This document shows positions 1 to 13,984 of a stretch of DNA of 64,000 nucleotides, piece by piece (positions within the stretch are counted from its first letter, which is position 1; the number at the start of each line of letters is the position of its first letter). This DNA is from Vicugna vicugna (Eukaryota), in contig MU058009.1 of NCBI GenBank assembly GCA_013265495.1, forward strand, positions 2,172,001 to 2,236,000, written 5' to 3'. The translations under genes were made by a program, and so were the position numbers. The notes under the pieces are model-generated. The model was not told the origin of the DNA, made no database searches, and saw nothing but the letters and a program-made list of their open reading frames with translations.

Positions 1-1199
1 CGGGGGCGTTTGAGCAACATGCGTGCTGATGTTCCTCCCTCTTGTTCGGAGCCAGCACTCCCCCTCCTTGGAAAGAAGCATCCGGATAGCCTGTGAATAA
101 GTAGTTATTCTTGCCGAACCTGCAGATGAGCTGTAGGCTGTGGTTTCCGGGTAGCTCTGCAGCCACCTGAACTTGGTGCTTATGAGTTTCTAACCAGTTA
201 CCTCTGTCCTAATAACACCTTTTGTGATTTCATACGTGTATCCTGGTCATTGCAACATCCCCTATTAAAAGAGAAATCTTGTCTGGCTGGAAGATCATGT
301 TAAATAACTGCATTTGTTCTAGTTTGATTCAGTATTCTCAAGGTGAGGAGCAGAAGGGGAGGGGAAAAGGCCAGTTTCTGCTGTCTCTGAAGCTGTCGGA
401 GGCCTCAGCCTGGCCTCTTTTCCTGACCTGGGCGCTGTCGTCTTCCGGACGGCAGCATCTGGGCTCACTCCTGGCATCTCAGATCTGTTGCACTGCAGTC
501 CCCTCCAGGCACTGAAGCCGCGTCACGGTGCAGACAAGTGGAGCCAGCTCGGAGGGCTGCACCGCCTGTCTCACCTTGAGTTTTACAGAGAGCCTGAGAA
601 TTTCAGCAAGGGAGAGAGAGGAAGCTTATTTTCATCCTCACATTGAAGGCTCAACAGCTGGCTTGAGAGAAATGAGTTGCTGAAAGCGGGCCAGGCTTAA
701 GAGAGAATTTTTCCAAAGTGACACTTGACATTGCCTTGTTTATTTATTTTTTCTTCCTGGCCAAAAGGCCAGCTCCATATTGTGTCCCCCTTCAACAGGA
801 TAATTAAATAGATTTTTGGAAAAGATGTGTTGTCTGTGTGTAGCATTCTCCTAGCTAATCTGGATGCCCCTGGAGTAGCCTCTAAACATTGAAACCTTTA
901 CAACAAAAAACTACTATTGGGCAACATTTTAGGAAGTGGTCAGTAAGGCTGACTGTCCAGGGCAGTCACTGAAATGATAAACTTTCCATCTTCTCTCCTC
1001 TCCAGTCACATTTTGGTTCATGAGCCCCTATTACAATAATTTAGAACTTTTGGCTGTTCTCCTACAAAGATTTTTTTTTTTTAAGTCTTTAAACCTTAAC
1101 ACCAGTTGCGCCATCTACATACCTGCTTTTGAATGTTCAGCCAGAAAGTAGCTCCTTTGCTGTCTCCTCCTGGGGGTGGTTCTCCATTTCCAGAATTTG

Positions 1200-2130
1200 A
1201 AATGTTGACTGCCCCAGGGCTCTGACCTTGGCCCTTTCCTATTCTCTTTCTACACCCCCTCCCAGGGCGGTCTCCTGCAGCCCCTGACTTTAAATAGCCT
1301 CCACTCACTGATGTATATCTTTCACCCTGACCTCTCACCGTCACTCCGGCTCACACACCCAGCCCTCTTCCGAGGCATCAGTATTTGAATATCTCTAACT
1401 TCACGTGTCCGAAGAACTCTTGACTTGCCATATCAAAAACAAAACCCAAAATTTCTTCCTTCAAGTCTTCCCCTTCTCAGGACAAAAACAACTCTTTCTC
1501 TCTAACACCACATTCATTTTAGCAGGAAAAATCCTTCCACCTCTACCTTCAAAACATATACTGAATCCAATCTCTTCCCTCTCTTCTAACTGCTGGCACC
1601 CATGTTTGCCCCCCTGAAACCTCTACCCTGGGTGACTAACTGGCCTCCGGCTTCATTTCTTACCCCTCCGTGGTCTGGTCTCAAATAAGCAACTAGAGAA
1701 TTTCTTTTAAAACATTAGTACAATGTCATTCTCCTTGCTCAGAACTCTTCAGTGCTTCTAATTACACTACAATAAAATCCAAAGTCCTTTCCCAGCCTCG
1801 CCAGTCCCTTCTGTCACTATTCACCTCTCCAGCCTTTACCTCGTAACCTTCGCTCTGCTCCAGCTATGTGGCCGGCCTCCAACTATCCCTTAAACTAGGC
1901 AGAACCGCCTCTTCCTGGCTTTTCAATTAACCTTCTCATCTGCTATCTAAAATAGTTTGCCTTCTCTGTTGTCTTCCTCTGCTTTTTTTTTTTCTGAGTA
2001 GCACTTATCACTACGTTATTGTGTTTTGTGATTGATTTATTATTTACCTCTTTGACTATAATGAACAGTCCACTAGGGCAGGACTTCAGTTATTCACCAC
2101 TGTATCCACCTTGCCAAGATAAATGCATAA
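1200..2130 (+). mobile_element. L2 relic
   Basis: CCCCAGGGCTCTGACCTTGGCCC...ATCTCTAACTTCACGTGTCC...AATAAAATCCAAAGTCCTT...GGGCAGGACTTCAG. Confidence 0.75.
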
Positions 2131-3212
2131 ATGGTCCTGTCAGAGTACAGAATCTGTATCCTATCACTTACTTTCTGCTGTTGTTTTTTGCTGTGAATGT
2201 ATCTTTATACTCGTTACAGGTGGGAACGAGTGCAAATTATAAAATTATATAATTTGCAATTCACTGCAAACCAAATCAGAACAAATTATACTGAAAATCT
2301 AAGACTATATCAAGATTCAGCAGAGAGGGGTATGTATTACTGAATAGTTCAGTGCTTATAGGGCAAGGTCATAGTTTAACCTTGCAGTTAGGTTTTGACA
2401 TATAGAAGTTAAAGGCACAGAAAATCAAAGGCAAATCATATGAAGTGACTTTTCATTCCCAACTGAAATAATCACCATGTTGGGAAGGAATGTGATACAT
2501 TTTAAGAGAGGCTACGTAACCCTGAACAAGTCCATTAACATCTCGGTTTTTCCATCTGTAAAATGGGCCTGCTCGATTTCTTCTTTAGTTGAGTATCATA
2601 GAACTAGAATGCTCGCAATATTATGAAAAAGCTTTAGAAGACAGGAAATTTGGAATTACCCATAATTATTGAGTTTCCAAAACTTCTTTGTCTAATATTT
2701 TGAAATGGGGAAGAAATGAGTACATTTTAAAAATACAATTAAAAAGTCATGAAAATCACTCAACATTTCTAAAACGATCAGAAAAAAACCGTTCTGAGGT
2801 GGCAAAGAAATGGAGAGCCGCCCAAGTGTATCTCCCACGGCCTGAGCGCTATAGAATTCGTTTTACAGTTGATGTGAACTCAGATCACATTAGATCAAAT
2901 GAAAGGAACCACACTGAAATGTAAGCTTTTGTATAAAGTATTAATTCCACTTCTTACGAAGCAAAATTATGTGGCAGCTCATGAAAAATGAACAAAGAGG
3001 CGACTCTAACATTTCTATGTGATCCTTAAGGGGCAGTAAAATGTTTGGAAGGGGAATTGGGTCTCGGGGAGTTTTTGAAGCTGCATCAGTCAAGGAAACT
3101 TGCTGCTTTGTTTAAACTGTACATTTAATTGAGGTGATTTGAAGGAAGTGAAATCTCCCACTGCTGGGTGGCCATGACAGTGGCAAGATATCACTACTCC
3201 TCACGAGAAAAT

Positions 3213-3234
3213 ACACACACACACACACACACAC
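3213..3234. repeat. (AC)11 microsatellite
   Basis: Direct reading. Confidence 0.95.
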
Positions 3235-5351
3235 AAACGCCTGCTCACTCACGCTCACACCACATGCCACTGTAAACACACCGAGGGCGCTGCCTGAATC
3301 AGCACTCTCTTCAGCTGTGTGCTGGTGCTCCCAACCCGAGAGCCTTTTATTAGATCTAAAGAACTGAAGCCAGCGTCGAGGAAGTGCATGGGAAAGTGAC
3401 TTGAGAAAGCTAGAGATCAAAGAGAGGTCACTCAACTCCAGGGCTGCTACTTTCCCAGGGTGCTCCCTGCCATTTCCCTCCCACGATTTTGTCTTTTATG
3501 GCTTCCAGTTTCCAGGACTTAATGCATCTCAGAAGGTCTAAGCCATCTGTGTTTCCCTGCTCTATTCAAAATACATGTTGGCTGAGAATGTACCTATGTT
3601 TCTGAAACTTAATGCAGTCAGTGCTAAGTTTCCTGGGTAACTTGAGAAGAATCATCCAATATGCCATTTTATTTATATATTTTTTTTAAATTTCTTGCAC
3701 TTGGCTTTGGACGTTATTTTGTATGTAAGTGTGAATGATCCCTGAATAGGCTGGGGTCATAGTATATCAGACAAAACAATAAAGCTATCCCATCAAAATA
3801 TGATTCCCTTCTTCCCTACTCAATTTTTTTCTCTTATGGAATTCACACTGACAACAAACAGCATTGCTCCTCAGAGCAATATAAAAGGCCAGTCTCAAGC
3901 AGATAGCAGACTCAGACTTGCCAGTTCACTCCCTCTTTCCTGAGTCGTCATCTGATTTTGAAAGTATTTCTCTTTAGTTCTTGATGGATTTTAACAAAAA
4001 AAGCAATGGCAACTATCTTATTCATGGCAACAAAAATACTTCGTTAAAGAGTGCTACACCACTGATGGTCAGGGTCAAGCAGCTGAGAAAGTCATAATTT
4101 AGATAATTCAGTGTTTTCTGTGCTTTGTGGTGTACCTTTCAATGGATGACCTAAGCCTTTATCGACCAATATGAGGCACTACTAACATTGAGAGAAACTG
4201 AGGCACAGAGAGATTCAAATTCTGCCTAAAATTCAGCCTCTGCTTGATCTTTATTATCTCTCTTTTTTCAAATAAATGGATGTTGATGGCCAGGTCACAT
4301 AAAACTGGACAAAAGGATTATTGAAGGATAATGTCATTTGTACATTACAGGAGAGAGTTCATCCAAACAGAAAAGTCCCTGTCCGCCCTCTTTCCTCCCC
4401 TCTCCTACTGGAAGAGGGAGACCAGGGCGTCCTCGCCCTTGCTTTCCCACCACTGCCTCTAGTAACTGTACCTGGTACAGCTGACCCTGACTCTCCCCAC
4501 GCCCACAAGACAGCATAGAAAACAAATCCAACTTCAGATAGTGGAACGCAAACTAAGGTCCGATATACAGGTTAGCCAAACCATTGTCATTTCACTGCCC
4601 AGCCCTTTCTTAGTTCTGTGGTGGGCAAGTAAGCCTCAGTAAGATCAGTGCTTCCATTCCAACCTGTTTCGTAATTAGTAGCCCTGCTTCTTGGCTGGCT
4701 CTCACATCCTACACCTCCCCAAAGCATCTGGTACAGCTTGGGGAGAGAAAAAACCTCCTCAGCATCACCTTGGTATGACAATGGTGTCCTTTTACAAGGA
4801 AAATGAAGTCAAGTGTCATTTTTTTCCCTGAGCAGAGCAGGAAATTTTGGCTTTTCATTTTACCAAGGGAGAAAGGTATCTTCAAGGAGATGGCTGAATC
4901 TCAGAATCCTTCATTAAGTTTTCATCTGTATGGTATCATGTGGGAGGCTGGGCAAAGACGAGTCAATGGAGAGCCTCCTCTGTTTCTTAAAGCTTAGCGT
5001 TTAAGACAGATCAAGTCAGCAAAGGCTAATCTATGGGGACACAGACATCAAACAGCTGGGCAAACATCGGACAGATGCATAAATTAAACACAAAAGTAAA
5101 TAAAGCATTTACATTAAGAAGAAGTCATGCAGCTGCTGTTATTATTCTCTGCAAAGGCTCAGGAGGGAAGGAGGTACATCAGGCTAAACAGATTGTATTT
5201 TTCTGTTGGGGATGGTGTCAGCCGGAAGGAGGGAAAGGTCACATATGGCCGGAGCAACCAAGACAAACTGTTATGTAACGGTTGTCTGCTGATGCCCTGC
5301 CTCTAAACCAGGTCTTCAGGCTGAAGTGACTTTGTTTCTCAGATATTTACT

Positions 5352-5495
5352 TTTTTTTAAAAAAGAAGTTTTCTGTTTTTTTGAGGGGGTAGGTAATTAG
5401 GTTTATTATTTATTTAATAGAGGTGCCAGGGATTGAACACAGGACCTCATGCATGCTAAGCAGGTGCTCTACCACTTGAGCTATACCCTCTTCCC
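5352..5495 (-). mobile_element. vic-1 tRNA-derived SINE
   Basis: Reverse complement reads GAGGGTATAGCTCAAGTGGTAGAGCACCTGCTTAGCATGCATGAGGTCCTGTGTTCAATCCC...AAACCTAATTACC plus A-tail. Confidence 0.88.
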
Positions 5496-5959
5496 TCCCA
5501 GAGACATACTTTTATCTAGCAGGCTATGCTTCTAGGCATTTGTGTCAGTAAATGATTGTAAAGGGTCAGAGACCACCCTCATGGGAGCAGCGGCAGGAAC
5601 CCAAGGAGGTGACCTGAACTGTTTCACCTCGAAGAGGATCTTGCTGTTCGACATGAGTCCAGGGGGAAGTTCAAGGGAAAACAGTAGCCTAATGCCACTG
5701 GAAACTCTGCCTCCCAGACCAGCAGCATGGAAATTTCCTGCCTTCTCTGTGGACGGACTCGGGAAGCGGCACAGCTTTATTTAGCCTGAATTCCTACACT
5801 CGACACCTGGAACATGAACAGAGACGTGAATGATTGATGAATTTTCAAGCTGCCTGTGAACCTCTCCTTACTTGACAAGGGGAAAGGAAAATGGCCCTTG
5901 GTGCCTATTTTAAATAAAAATGGGATTTTTATTCAGGAACGTTATGGGTAGTGGTCTGT

Positions 5960-6370
5960 ATTTGAAAAAAAAAGATTTTTAAGAAGATAAAAACAATACA
6001 AGCTCATTGTTTAAAAATTAGAAATAGCAGACAAATAAAAAAATGCATAATCTTCCAGTTTAGAGATATTCACTAATAAGATGTTGATACATATCTCCTA
6101 TGTAGCTTTAGAAACATGCATATATGTAAAAATTTTAACAGATCATATTGAAAATAATATGTGCCATCTGCTTTTTTTTCCTTAACACGTTTTTTCACTT
6201 TTCATGCAAATAAGTATTTATCTGCATCATTTGTATGTGGTCATCTGTCCATCCTAAACTTCCTCTAATATTCTCCTGTTATTGGACATTACAAGGGTTG
6301 TGATTTTTTGCTCTAATTAGCCATGACTGATGGGTCATCTTTGATGCTAAATGTGTGTGCCCATCATGGA
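5960..6370 (-). mobile_element. Old L1ME-like relic
   Basis: AT-rich, with TTCTCCTGTTATTGGACATT...TTTTTTGCTCTAATT motif. Confidence 0.5.
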
Positions 6371-6481
6371 CCGACCCATGAGATAGAATTCTCCCCTCAC
6401 CTACTAACATGCCTGGAATTCCACGCTCAGTGCCTCTGCCCTTTGGCTTAAGGATTTTGTTTAGTTAAAAAGTGAGAGCCC

Positions 6482-6727
6482 CTAGAGACGGTCATTCTAA
6501 GTGAAGTAACCCAGAAAGAGAAAGAAAAATACCATATGATATCACTCATATGTGGAATCTAAAAAAAAAAAGAATAAAAAGGACACTATGAACTCATCTA
6601 CAAAACAGAAACAGACTCAGACATAGTAAACAATCTTATGGTTACTGGGGGGAAGGGGGTGGGAAGGGATAAATTTGGGAGTTTGAGATTTGCAAATGTT
6701 AGCCACTATATACAAAAACAGATTTTA
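6482..6727 (+). mobile_element. 5'-truncated young L1 (ORF2 end and part of 3'UTR)
   Basis: CTAGAGACGGTCATTCTAAGTGAAGTAACCCAGAAAGAGAAAGAAAAATACCATATG. TSD AAAAAGTGAGA(G/A)CCC at 6467-6481 and 6728-6742. Confidence 0.9.
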
Positions 6728-7392
6728 AAAAAGTGAGAACCCCAGGAGAGGTGCTCCTTAAACTCTCTCCAGCATTTATTTCCCATCTTTCCTTAGGAAG
6801 TCCTGAGAAGGGCCCCAGAGATGGATTGTACACTCAGGCCTTGGCCCCAAGTTTTGGCTGATCAACCCAGAGTAGTTCCAAAGTCCACTCAGGTTGTAGG
6901 GGAACTGTTACATTTTTTTAAGGGACAAAAATCCTTAAGTAGCTGGAAACACAGTTAATGCTGTCTAGTCCTAATTACTACCTAAATTTAGTTTATTATA
7001 GGAAACATGCTCGGTATTAACTTATTCCCTCAATACCTGATCCAGATACTCATTAATTTTATCCTCATGTTTCTTATATTTTCTATTTTTCAGTTTTCCA
7101 TGAATATAAACCTATTTACCTTATAGTCTATCTTCATTACTACATAGGTACAGAATTAACCTTACTGAGACCTCATTTTTATTTCACTTCCAAGCATATA
7201 ACTCTGATCAGTTGTCTCCAGAAGTGCAGTCTGGTGCACGCTGATCCCCATGGAGATGGGGAAGTTCTTATTCACACATCCAGGACTTGCTTCATCCCAA
7301 GAAGTGTCTCTGAAGTGTGTTATCAAAATACACGGGTTACTCTGTAAAATGCAGAGTCTAAGGAGAAGTGAAGTTCCACGTTTCTGAGCAAA

Positions 7393-7419
7393 TGTGCGTG
7401 TGTGAGAGAGAGAGAGAGA
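7393..7419. repeat. Compound (TG)n(AG)n microsatellite
   Basis: TGTGCGTGTGTGAGAGAGAGAGAGAGA. Confidence 0.85.
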
Positions 7420-8714
7420 TTTCTCATGACAAGTGGTGTCCATCTCCAGAGACCCGGGGTCGGTTATTTCAAGGGCTCCCCGGTTTTTAAGTGCTAATTG
7501 CCGCTGTTACTAAAATTCTGTTTCCACCACAGACTCACAGAGCAACCTTGGGGAAATGACTGAATGCTTCCAGTGCCTTCAATCTCACACCTGAACTCCA
7601 AGGACAGTCATATTTTCCGCCTCCTTCCATTACAAAGGCGTAAGGATGAATTCATTTACAGTTGGCATTTGGAGGTTCATTGAAGACGTTACTATTTCAC
7701 GTTCCTTTTGTATCACTTGGATTTTCACTCAACCATTAAGGAAGGACCACTTTGCTGGAGATGTTTTTTTTCTATACTGCTCTCTTGGGAAGAGAACTCA
7801 GTTGCTGAAGCTTCACAATAATAAGAAAAGAGAAAGAGAGAGTGAGAGAGAGCAAAATCATAACCACCCACTCGCACATATTTGGCATTTCAAGCTTTGA
7901 GCAGTTAATAATCATCTCCTTAAGTTGGAAGCTGTCATGCTTACAATGCTGTTTTAATTGTTCTCACACACCCTACTGAGCACACCTTCCTTCCTGAAAA
8001 GGCTCAGCACAGACCCACTTTTCAGCTCTGAAAGGCAGAAGCGTGGAATGGAGTTTAAAAGGAAATGCAAAATCTTTCATGAACCGGAGTAAGGACCAAG
8101 AGGTCTGACTCTGGGAGACCAGTATTTTTAAGCAAATACTCCAGTTGTTTCCCATGGCTCTGTATGTGTCTATTCACAGAGAATTGGGGCTTACAGTGTG
8201 GTTTTCTAGATTCCCTTCCTCTGGCAAGGGACTGAGGACATAGTCACACCACTGGGAGATCCACAGGAAAGAGAATGGCTGAGGGTCTTCCACAGGGAGT
8301 TGTGAGTCATGCCAAACAAAGACAGCACACAGACACAGAAAGGCAGGGACAAGCCAGCCGAGGGAGCCTGAAGAGGCCACCAAGTTGAGCAATGCAGCAG
8401 ATACGGAAACCAGAGAACAGAGCGGTGGTGGGGGTCGGGGTGGGGATGATGCAGAGAGACAAGAAGACCAAGGCAGGGAGCAGTGGGGTCAAGTGCTAAC
8501 GGGGAGGCGTCCTGCAAAAGTACTTGGGACAAGGGCTTCTCTCAGCCGGCTCTTGCTTGCTCACCAAGACAGGGTGTGGGGGGCAGGGGGAGACTGGCTA
8601 TTGAAGGGCAAAGGGGGACAGAGCTGTAAGGTGTAAGCCAGTTGGCCTACAGCCATCCAGGAGGCTCTGAGCTTCAGGCTTTATTGAGATGATAGCAAAT
8701 ACAATCGCAGACAT

Positions 8715-8920
8715 AAATTGAACACTTATTCTGCTCCATGCTAAGCTGTGTACATTAATTAAAAATATGCTAATGAATGCTTACAACAACAATATCAAGT
8801 AGGTATAATTACCCCTGCTCTGCAGCCCAGAGAACTGAGACAGATGCCAACTTGCCTAAGACCGTGCGATACACAGCCACACTGTGGTTTAAAGGCGGGT
8901 CTTTGTCCCCTCAGAGCCCC
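8715..8920 (-). mobile_element. MIR SINE
   Basis: ATTGAACACTTATTCTGC...CTTACAACAAC...GAACTGAGACAGA...CTTGCCTAAG. Confidence 0.7.
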
Positions 8921-9075
8921 AGTTCTTCTCAAACCTGAGATAATTAAGTATGCACATTCCTCCTCCGGCTCAGAGATTCTGATTCAGTAGTCCTGGGGTG
9001 GGCCTCGAAGCCTGCACTTTAGCGTCGCAGGTGGTGTTGACAAGGACTCTTGGGTCCCCGTGCCAGATAAACCAA
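8921..9075. mobile_element. MER5-like hAT/Charlie relic
   Basis: CAGAGATTCTGATTCAGTAGTCCTGGGGTGGGCCTCGAAGCCTGCACTTT. Confidence 0.7.
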
Positions 9076-10248
9076 AACATAACCCCACACAGCAGCAAAG
9101 GCCAGAAACAAGCACACCGGCCGCGGGGGCGGGAGTGAACTGAAGGATGAAACATGGAAAGGGAGTCACCTGATAGGCTCCGATAGTCCTGATCATCCAC
9201 TTACCTTTCCCCCAAACACATGTTTCCTGCCACGTGGAAGCAGCCAAGAGTGGCCCATCTACTAAGCAGAAGGATGGAGTCCCCTCCTGAGCCTGGGTCC
9301 CACAGACCCTGCTTCCTAATTGAGGCCCGGGTTTGGGTTCCAGACAGATGTGCCCTGGGCATCCCTGGGACTGTATTCCACAAAGCTCTCCAGGCAGGAA
9401 CTTCAGGCACAGTTGTTTCTCAGATGTGAAAAATCCCATTTCACTGGTTCTAACCAGCGCAGAAGGAGAGTAAGGACTTGCTTTCCCAGCTATTCTGAGG
9501 ACACACACCCACCAAACAAAGCACGTTGCTAACGGCCACCACCAGCATCATTACTGCGCCTGAACCGGAATTTCCCTTACTTTGGTTAAACTCTTGAACT
9601 CCTGAGTGAACCTTTGGGGGAGAAACCCGTCTCGTTCACGATGTGTTTTCTCATCTCCCAGGGCCCCACCTGTAGGCTGCGCCTCTCTATTACCTAGATC
9701 TCCCGAGAGAGGTTGGAAGACTGGATTCCCGTGAAACCACAGAAGGCTGTTACCAGTTTCTTTGCAATTTTCGTTTCTCCAAATGACAGCAAAGGGGCCA
9801 CTTGAATAACTCATAATCTGCATCAGCTGGAAATGTTCTGGAGGGTTTGTTTATTTCTTCTTAAAATCTCCTCAGTCTTCTCCTCCCTTTCTTTGCTGCC
9901 CTGCCACTCCTGTGTGTCTGTGCGAGCCCTTGTGGCCTCCACTGCAGGCCCCGGGCCAAGGCAAAAACAGATTCTTTTCATCTATTCAAGTGTGATCTGG
10001 GCCAGACAAGCCTGCTCCACAGGCCGGAGGCACAGAAAAGTATTCTGTATTCAGCTTTCAGCTCCGCAGAGTCTGTAGTGGGGGCCCTGCCCTTGGCAAG
10101 GCCAAAGACTGACCAGGGCCATTTGGCAAATGTGGGATGCTGTTTGCTTGGCCCCTCGCCTTCACCTGGATGGGCACCGTGATGGCAGGGCCACAGGAGT
10201 GGTGCTTCCTGTTCCAACCACTTCCTCTAAGGACATGCCCAGCTTTTT

Positions 10249-10279
<31 letters not shown>

Positions 10280-10609
10280 ACAAAACCTTCTTTTACCCCT
10301 CCAAGCAGCAATTTTTTTGGAGATGCCAGGTAAGTGTAGAGAGCACCAGAGCTGCCCTGTGTGGAGCTGATGATATGACAAGAACAAAGCGGGCGTGTTA
10401 GCATGTGAGCATCAGCCAAGTTCGCTACCTGGCTGTGGTACCCGGAGGGGTCCAGGTTTGAGGTGTGATTAACAGGAAGAGAGAACGGGGTGAAAACAGA
10501 GGTTGAGCTGTCTGAAGAGACCTTTCCTTTGTGTCAACGTACTAAAAATATGCTTTTTCTCTAGTGCCTTTTGAAAATGGCACCTCAAACTAAGTATGAT
10601 AATGTTATG

Positions 10610-11190
10610 CAAAACAAGGTGCCCCCGTCCAACTTATTATTCAATGCTGTTCTAAATGTGCTTTATGTGAATAAAATAAGAATTACAACTATTGGCAAGG
10701 GTGCAGCAAAATTATCATCATTTGATTATAATATTGTATATCTAGAAAAACTTTTAAAAACTTAGAAATCATGTAAGAATTCAGTCATAGAATAATTTAA
10801 GAATTCAGTAAGATGGAAGGTTAGAGGATAAATACACACACAAACTTTCTTATGTTCCCCCCAAAAAAGTTAGAAAATAAAAATGGAAACCACTCCCATT
10901 AACCATGACAACAAAAACATAAATTACCCAGGAATAAACTGAACCAAAAAAGTGTGTCATATCTAAATGAGGGAAACTGTAAAACACTAAGGAATATTAA
11001 AAAAAAAAAGACTAGTTCTTGGGTAGAAACAAAACAAAACATATTGTAAGGATGTCAATTCTCCCCAAAAGAATTAATGAATGGAATGAATTCCAATCAA
11101 AACCTCAACGAGATATTTTTTGGAGGGATACCAGGGAAAAAAGGATTCTGTTAAAAGATAATTTTCAAGAAGGTAATATAATTATCCAGC
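10610..11190 (+). mobile_element. Old L1 ORF2 relic
   Basis: Degenerate translations NLLFNAVLNVL and HIVRMSILPK resemble L1 ORF2p; A-rich strand. Confidence 0.75.
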
Positions 11191-13809
11191 AAATACAGAA
11201 GGAACGCACGTCAAAGATCACTTGTGAGGGAACCAGTAAGATGTTATGATTGATTCAGAGAACACTTGAAAACTTTAGTGTGTTGAATCAATTTAACAAA
11301 GAAATGCTAGGATAAGGTTGACAAGTTTGATTTAAAAAAAAAACAGATTAATTCTCAACAGACCATAAATCTTAGAGATGATCTGTTTCACAAGACAGGA
11401 ATTATCTACATCTCCACCAGAAAAAATCTAGAGTTCAGTGAGTAATTTAACTAAGCCTTTAATCAACATTGGACAAGGGACTGCGTACATGCCGCTGCAG
11501 TCCTACAGTGATACGATACTAAAAGGGTGTGCTGCTCACCCGTGCCTGGTTGCTAGAATTTGGATGATTTTTCTGAAAATTCTCAAGGTCATTTGAAAGA
11601 ACAAACTTGAAAGTAATTAGATCATTTTTGAAAGGCGAAATGAAACAAAACAAAGACAAAGGAAGGGCAATTTGCCTTGCCTATTTAAATGATAGGCAAT
11701 AATACCCATGATAAACAATAGGAGGGTGCCTTGCCTTGGTGAGATTAGAGAGAGTCTGACATCCGTTTTCACCAACTGTCCTGCTTTGAAACTTGGGTAA
11801 CACATGCCTGCTCCTACATCAATCTCTGTCTCTGCTCCTGTCAAGCAAGCTGAGTGCTCCCTCTTCCTCTACACCCAACCCTGCACTTCCAATCTCTCCA
11901 TCACTAAGTCCTAATGATGCTATCCTTCGACTCCCCGTTTAGCCCAGTCGTTTGTCTTTATAACCATTGGCCAGAACCCAGAAGGTGGGGAGGTGCCAAC
12001 AACCTTGTCACAGCGATCATGATGATCGTGTCGTTTGTAGTAGTCCTTCACTCCCAAGCGAGACTGTCATTTTGGAGAATATATTTTAGCATTTTGGGTG
12101 AAGTCTTTTCTTAGATTTGAGTACTGTAGCAAATTCCTTTCTATTTTCCAGTGTCCTTAGGAGTAAATTCATGTATATCATTGATACCCAAAGCTGGAGC
12201 AGCTCTTTTTCTTTTCTTTTTTTTCTTTTCCCCCTTCATTTGTCTCTTCATAGCCTTTTGGTCAAATGGTATATGGAAAGACCATGGAAGTGAATGAATC
12301 AAGAGATCTGAGATTTCATCCAGAATCTGCCTGGACAACACCCTGAATGTGTTTCCTCATTTGTGGAAATTAAGGTGCTTGGAGTCCTTTCTGCTCTGGT
12401 TCCTCAGCTACTGTTCTTCAGTCACGTGCTCTCCCGTGGTCTGAGCATCTCCAAGGAACGTACATCACGCTCAGATCTCAGAAGCTCTTCGTTCTCTTAT
12501 GCCCCTTGAACTAGTTTAATATTGGCAGTGTCGCTACTGGGGCTTAGATTAGTGACACCAGTCACGCAACCCCTCCCTGGGCTTCTTGCTAGTAGAATAA
12601 AAATCAAAAGGTGGTCTGAGTGGGGGTCAAAGCCTGCACAAGGCTACACAGAGCTGCACAAAGAATGTGTCTAATTCCTATTGAGACCAAGGTTGGTTTC
12701 TGACTGACCCAGCATCCTAGGCTAACCCACTATTTCCTTACTCAATTAGTTAATCTCTTCTAAAAGATAATTTCCAAATCTGTATTCAGCAGTCTTTTCC
12801 TCTTGGAGCACCACTTCAACATTCAGGAAGCTGAACATTCTTGGTAACAATGTGTGGTTGAAATACACAGAGATACAGGATTATTTTCCCTAATTATAAC
12901 AGGCTGGAACTTTCCTCTTGGTCCTTTGGTATCTTCTCCAGGAAAAAAAACAAAGACTGTATCACTAACTTGCCCAAATCTTTGTGAGAAGTGAAAAATC
13001 CAGCCATTCCAATGCTTTGTCTATGAGTCTGAAGCTATTCAGATGATTAACTGAAATTTTCACATTTCATTCAAGAATTCTGTGCATGTAGATAGAGTCG
13101 GACTGATTTGGTTTTTAGAACCGACCATCTAGGCAGCACTCTTGCCACATTGTGAAGAGAGACCGAGGAACGATTTAAGATTTATATGCATCTTGAAGGT
13201 TTGGATGGAAATATTAACTATTCAGCCTATCTATGCTGCAGCCCCTACCTGACTTAAAATGTAAATTAACACCACCAGATTAATGAGGAGCAAATATTTC
13301 AGCTGGAGATATATTGGGACATACCAATGGAAATCAGATGATATTTATTTCTAGCAAATAAAATATTTATCCTCTAGTATCTTGTTTGAAGGCTATTAAT
13401 TGTTCCTAAAAACCTGCAAAATATTTTCAAATCTTTCAATTAGGCAGTAGAAGTTTGACTCCACATATTTTAATTGCTTAGTGGATTTTTTAAATATAAT
13501 TCTGATTTTTTTATAACAATCCTATTCCCTTATAAATACTTTTAATTGAGCATCCAAATTGTTTTACCGTTTGAAAAAATAGCATACCACCCAGTGGTTA
13601 TTGTATTAAAATTTACAACACTAAAGAAGTCAAGAATCAGAATAGGGATTACATTGAGCTTGAAAAGCAGAGTCCCAGCACAAAGCCTGAACTATACTCC
13701 TTGCAGATTCAGTCATGTCTCGGCACGTTTGATGAACAGCAACACAGGCTGTTCAGAGATCTACATGGCAAAGCAACTGAGGAACTCAATTTAAAGAAAC
13801 AGATCTAGA

Positions 13810-13935
13810 GAACGATATAGTTCAAGTGGTAGAATGCATGCTTGGCATACACAAGGTCCTGGGTTCAATCCCCAACATCTCCTCTAAAAATTAACAAATA
13901 AATGTAATTAGCCCCCTAATAAAGAAAAAAAAAGT
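13810..13935 (+). mobile_element. vic-1 SINE with TSD
   Basis: A/B boxes (TAGTTCAAGTGG, GGTTCAATCCC). TSD GAAACAGATCTAGA at 13796-13809 and 13936-13949. Confidence 0.9.
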
Positions 13936-13984
13936 GAAACAGATCTAGAAACTCTGAAGACAGCCAGTCCTGTTCTGACGCCTC

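Noticed and set aside
1..200. Possible edge of the neighbouring gene's (ARHGAP32) promoter
   Set aside because: Based only on recalled human synteny and a few CpGs; no exon sequence recognisable.
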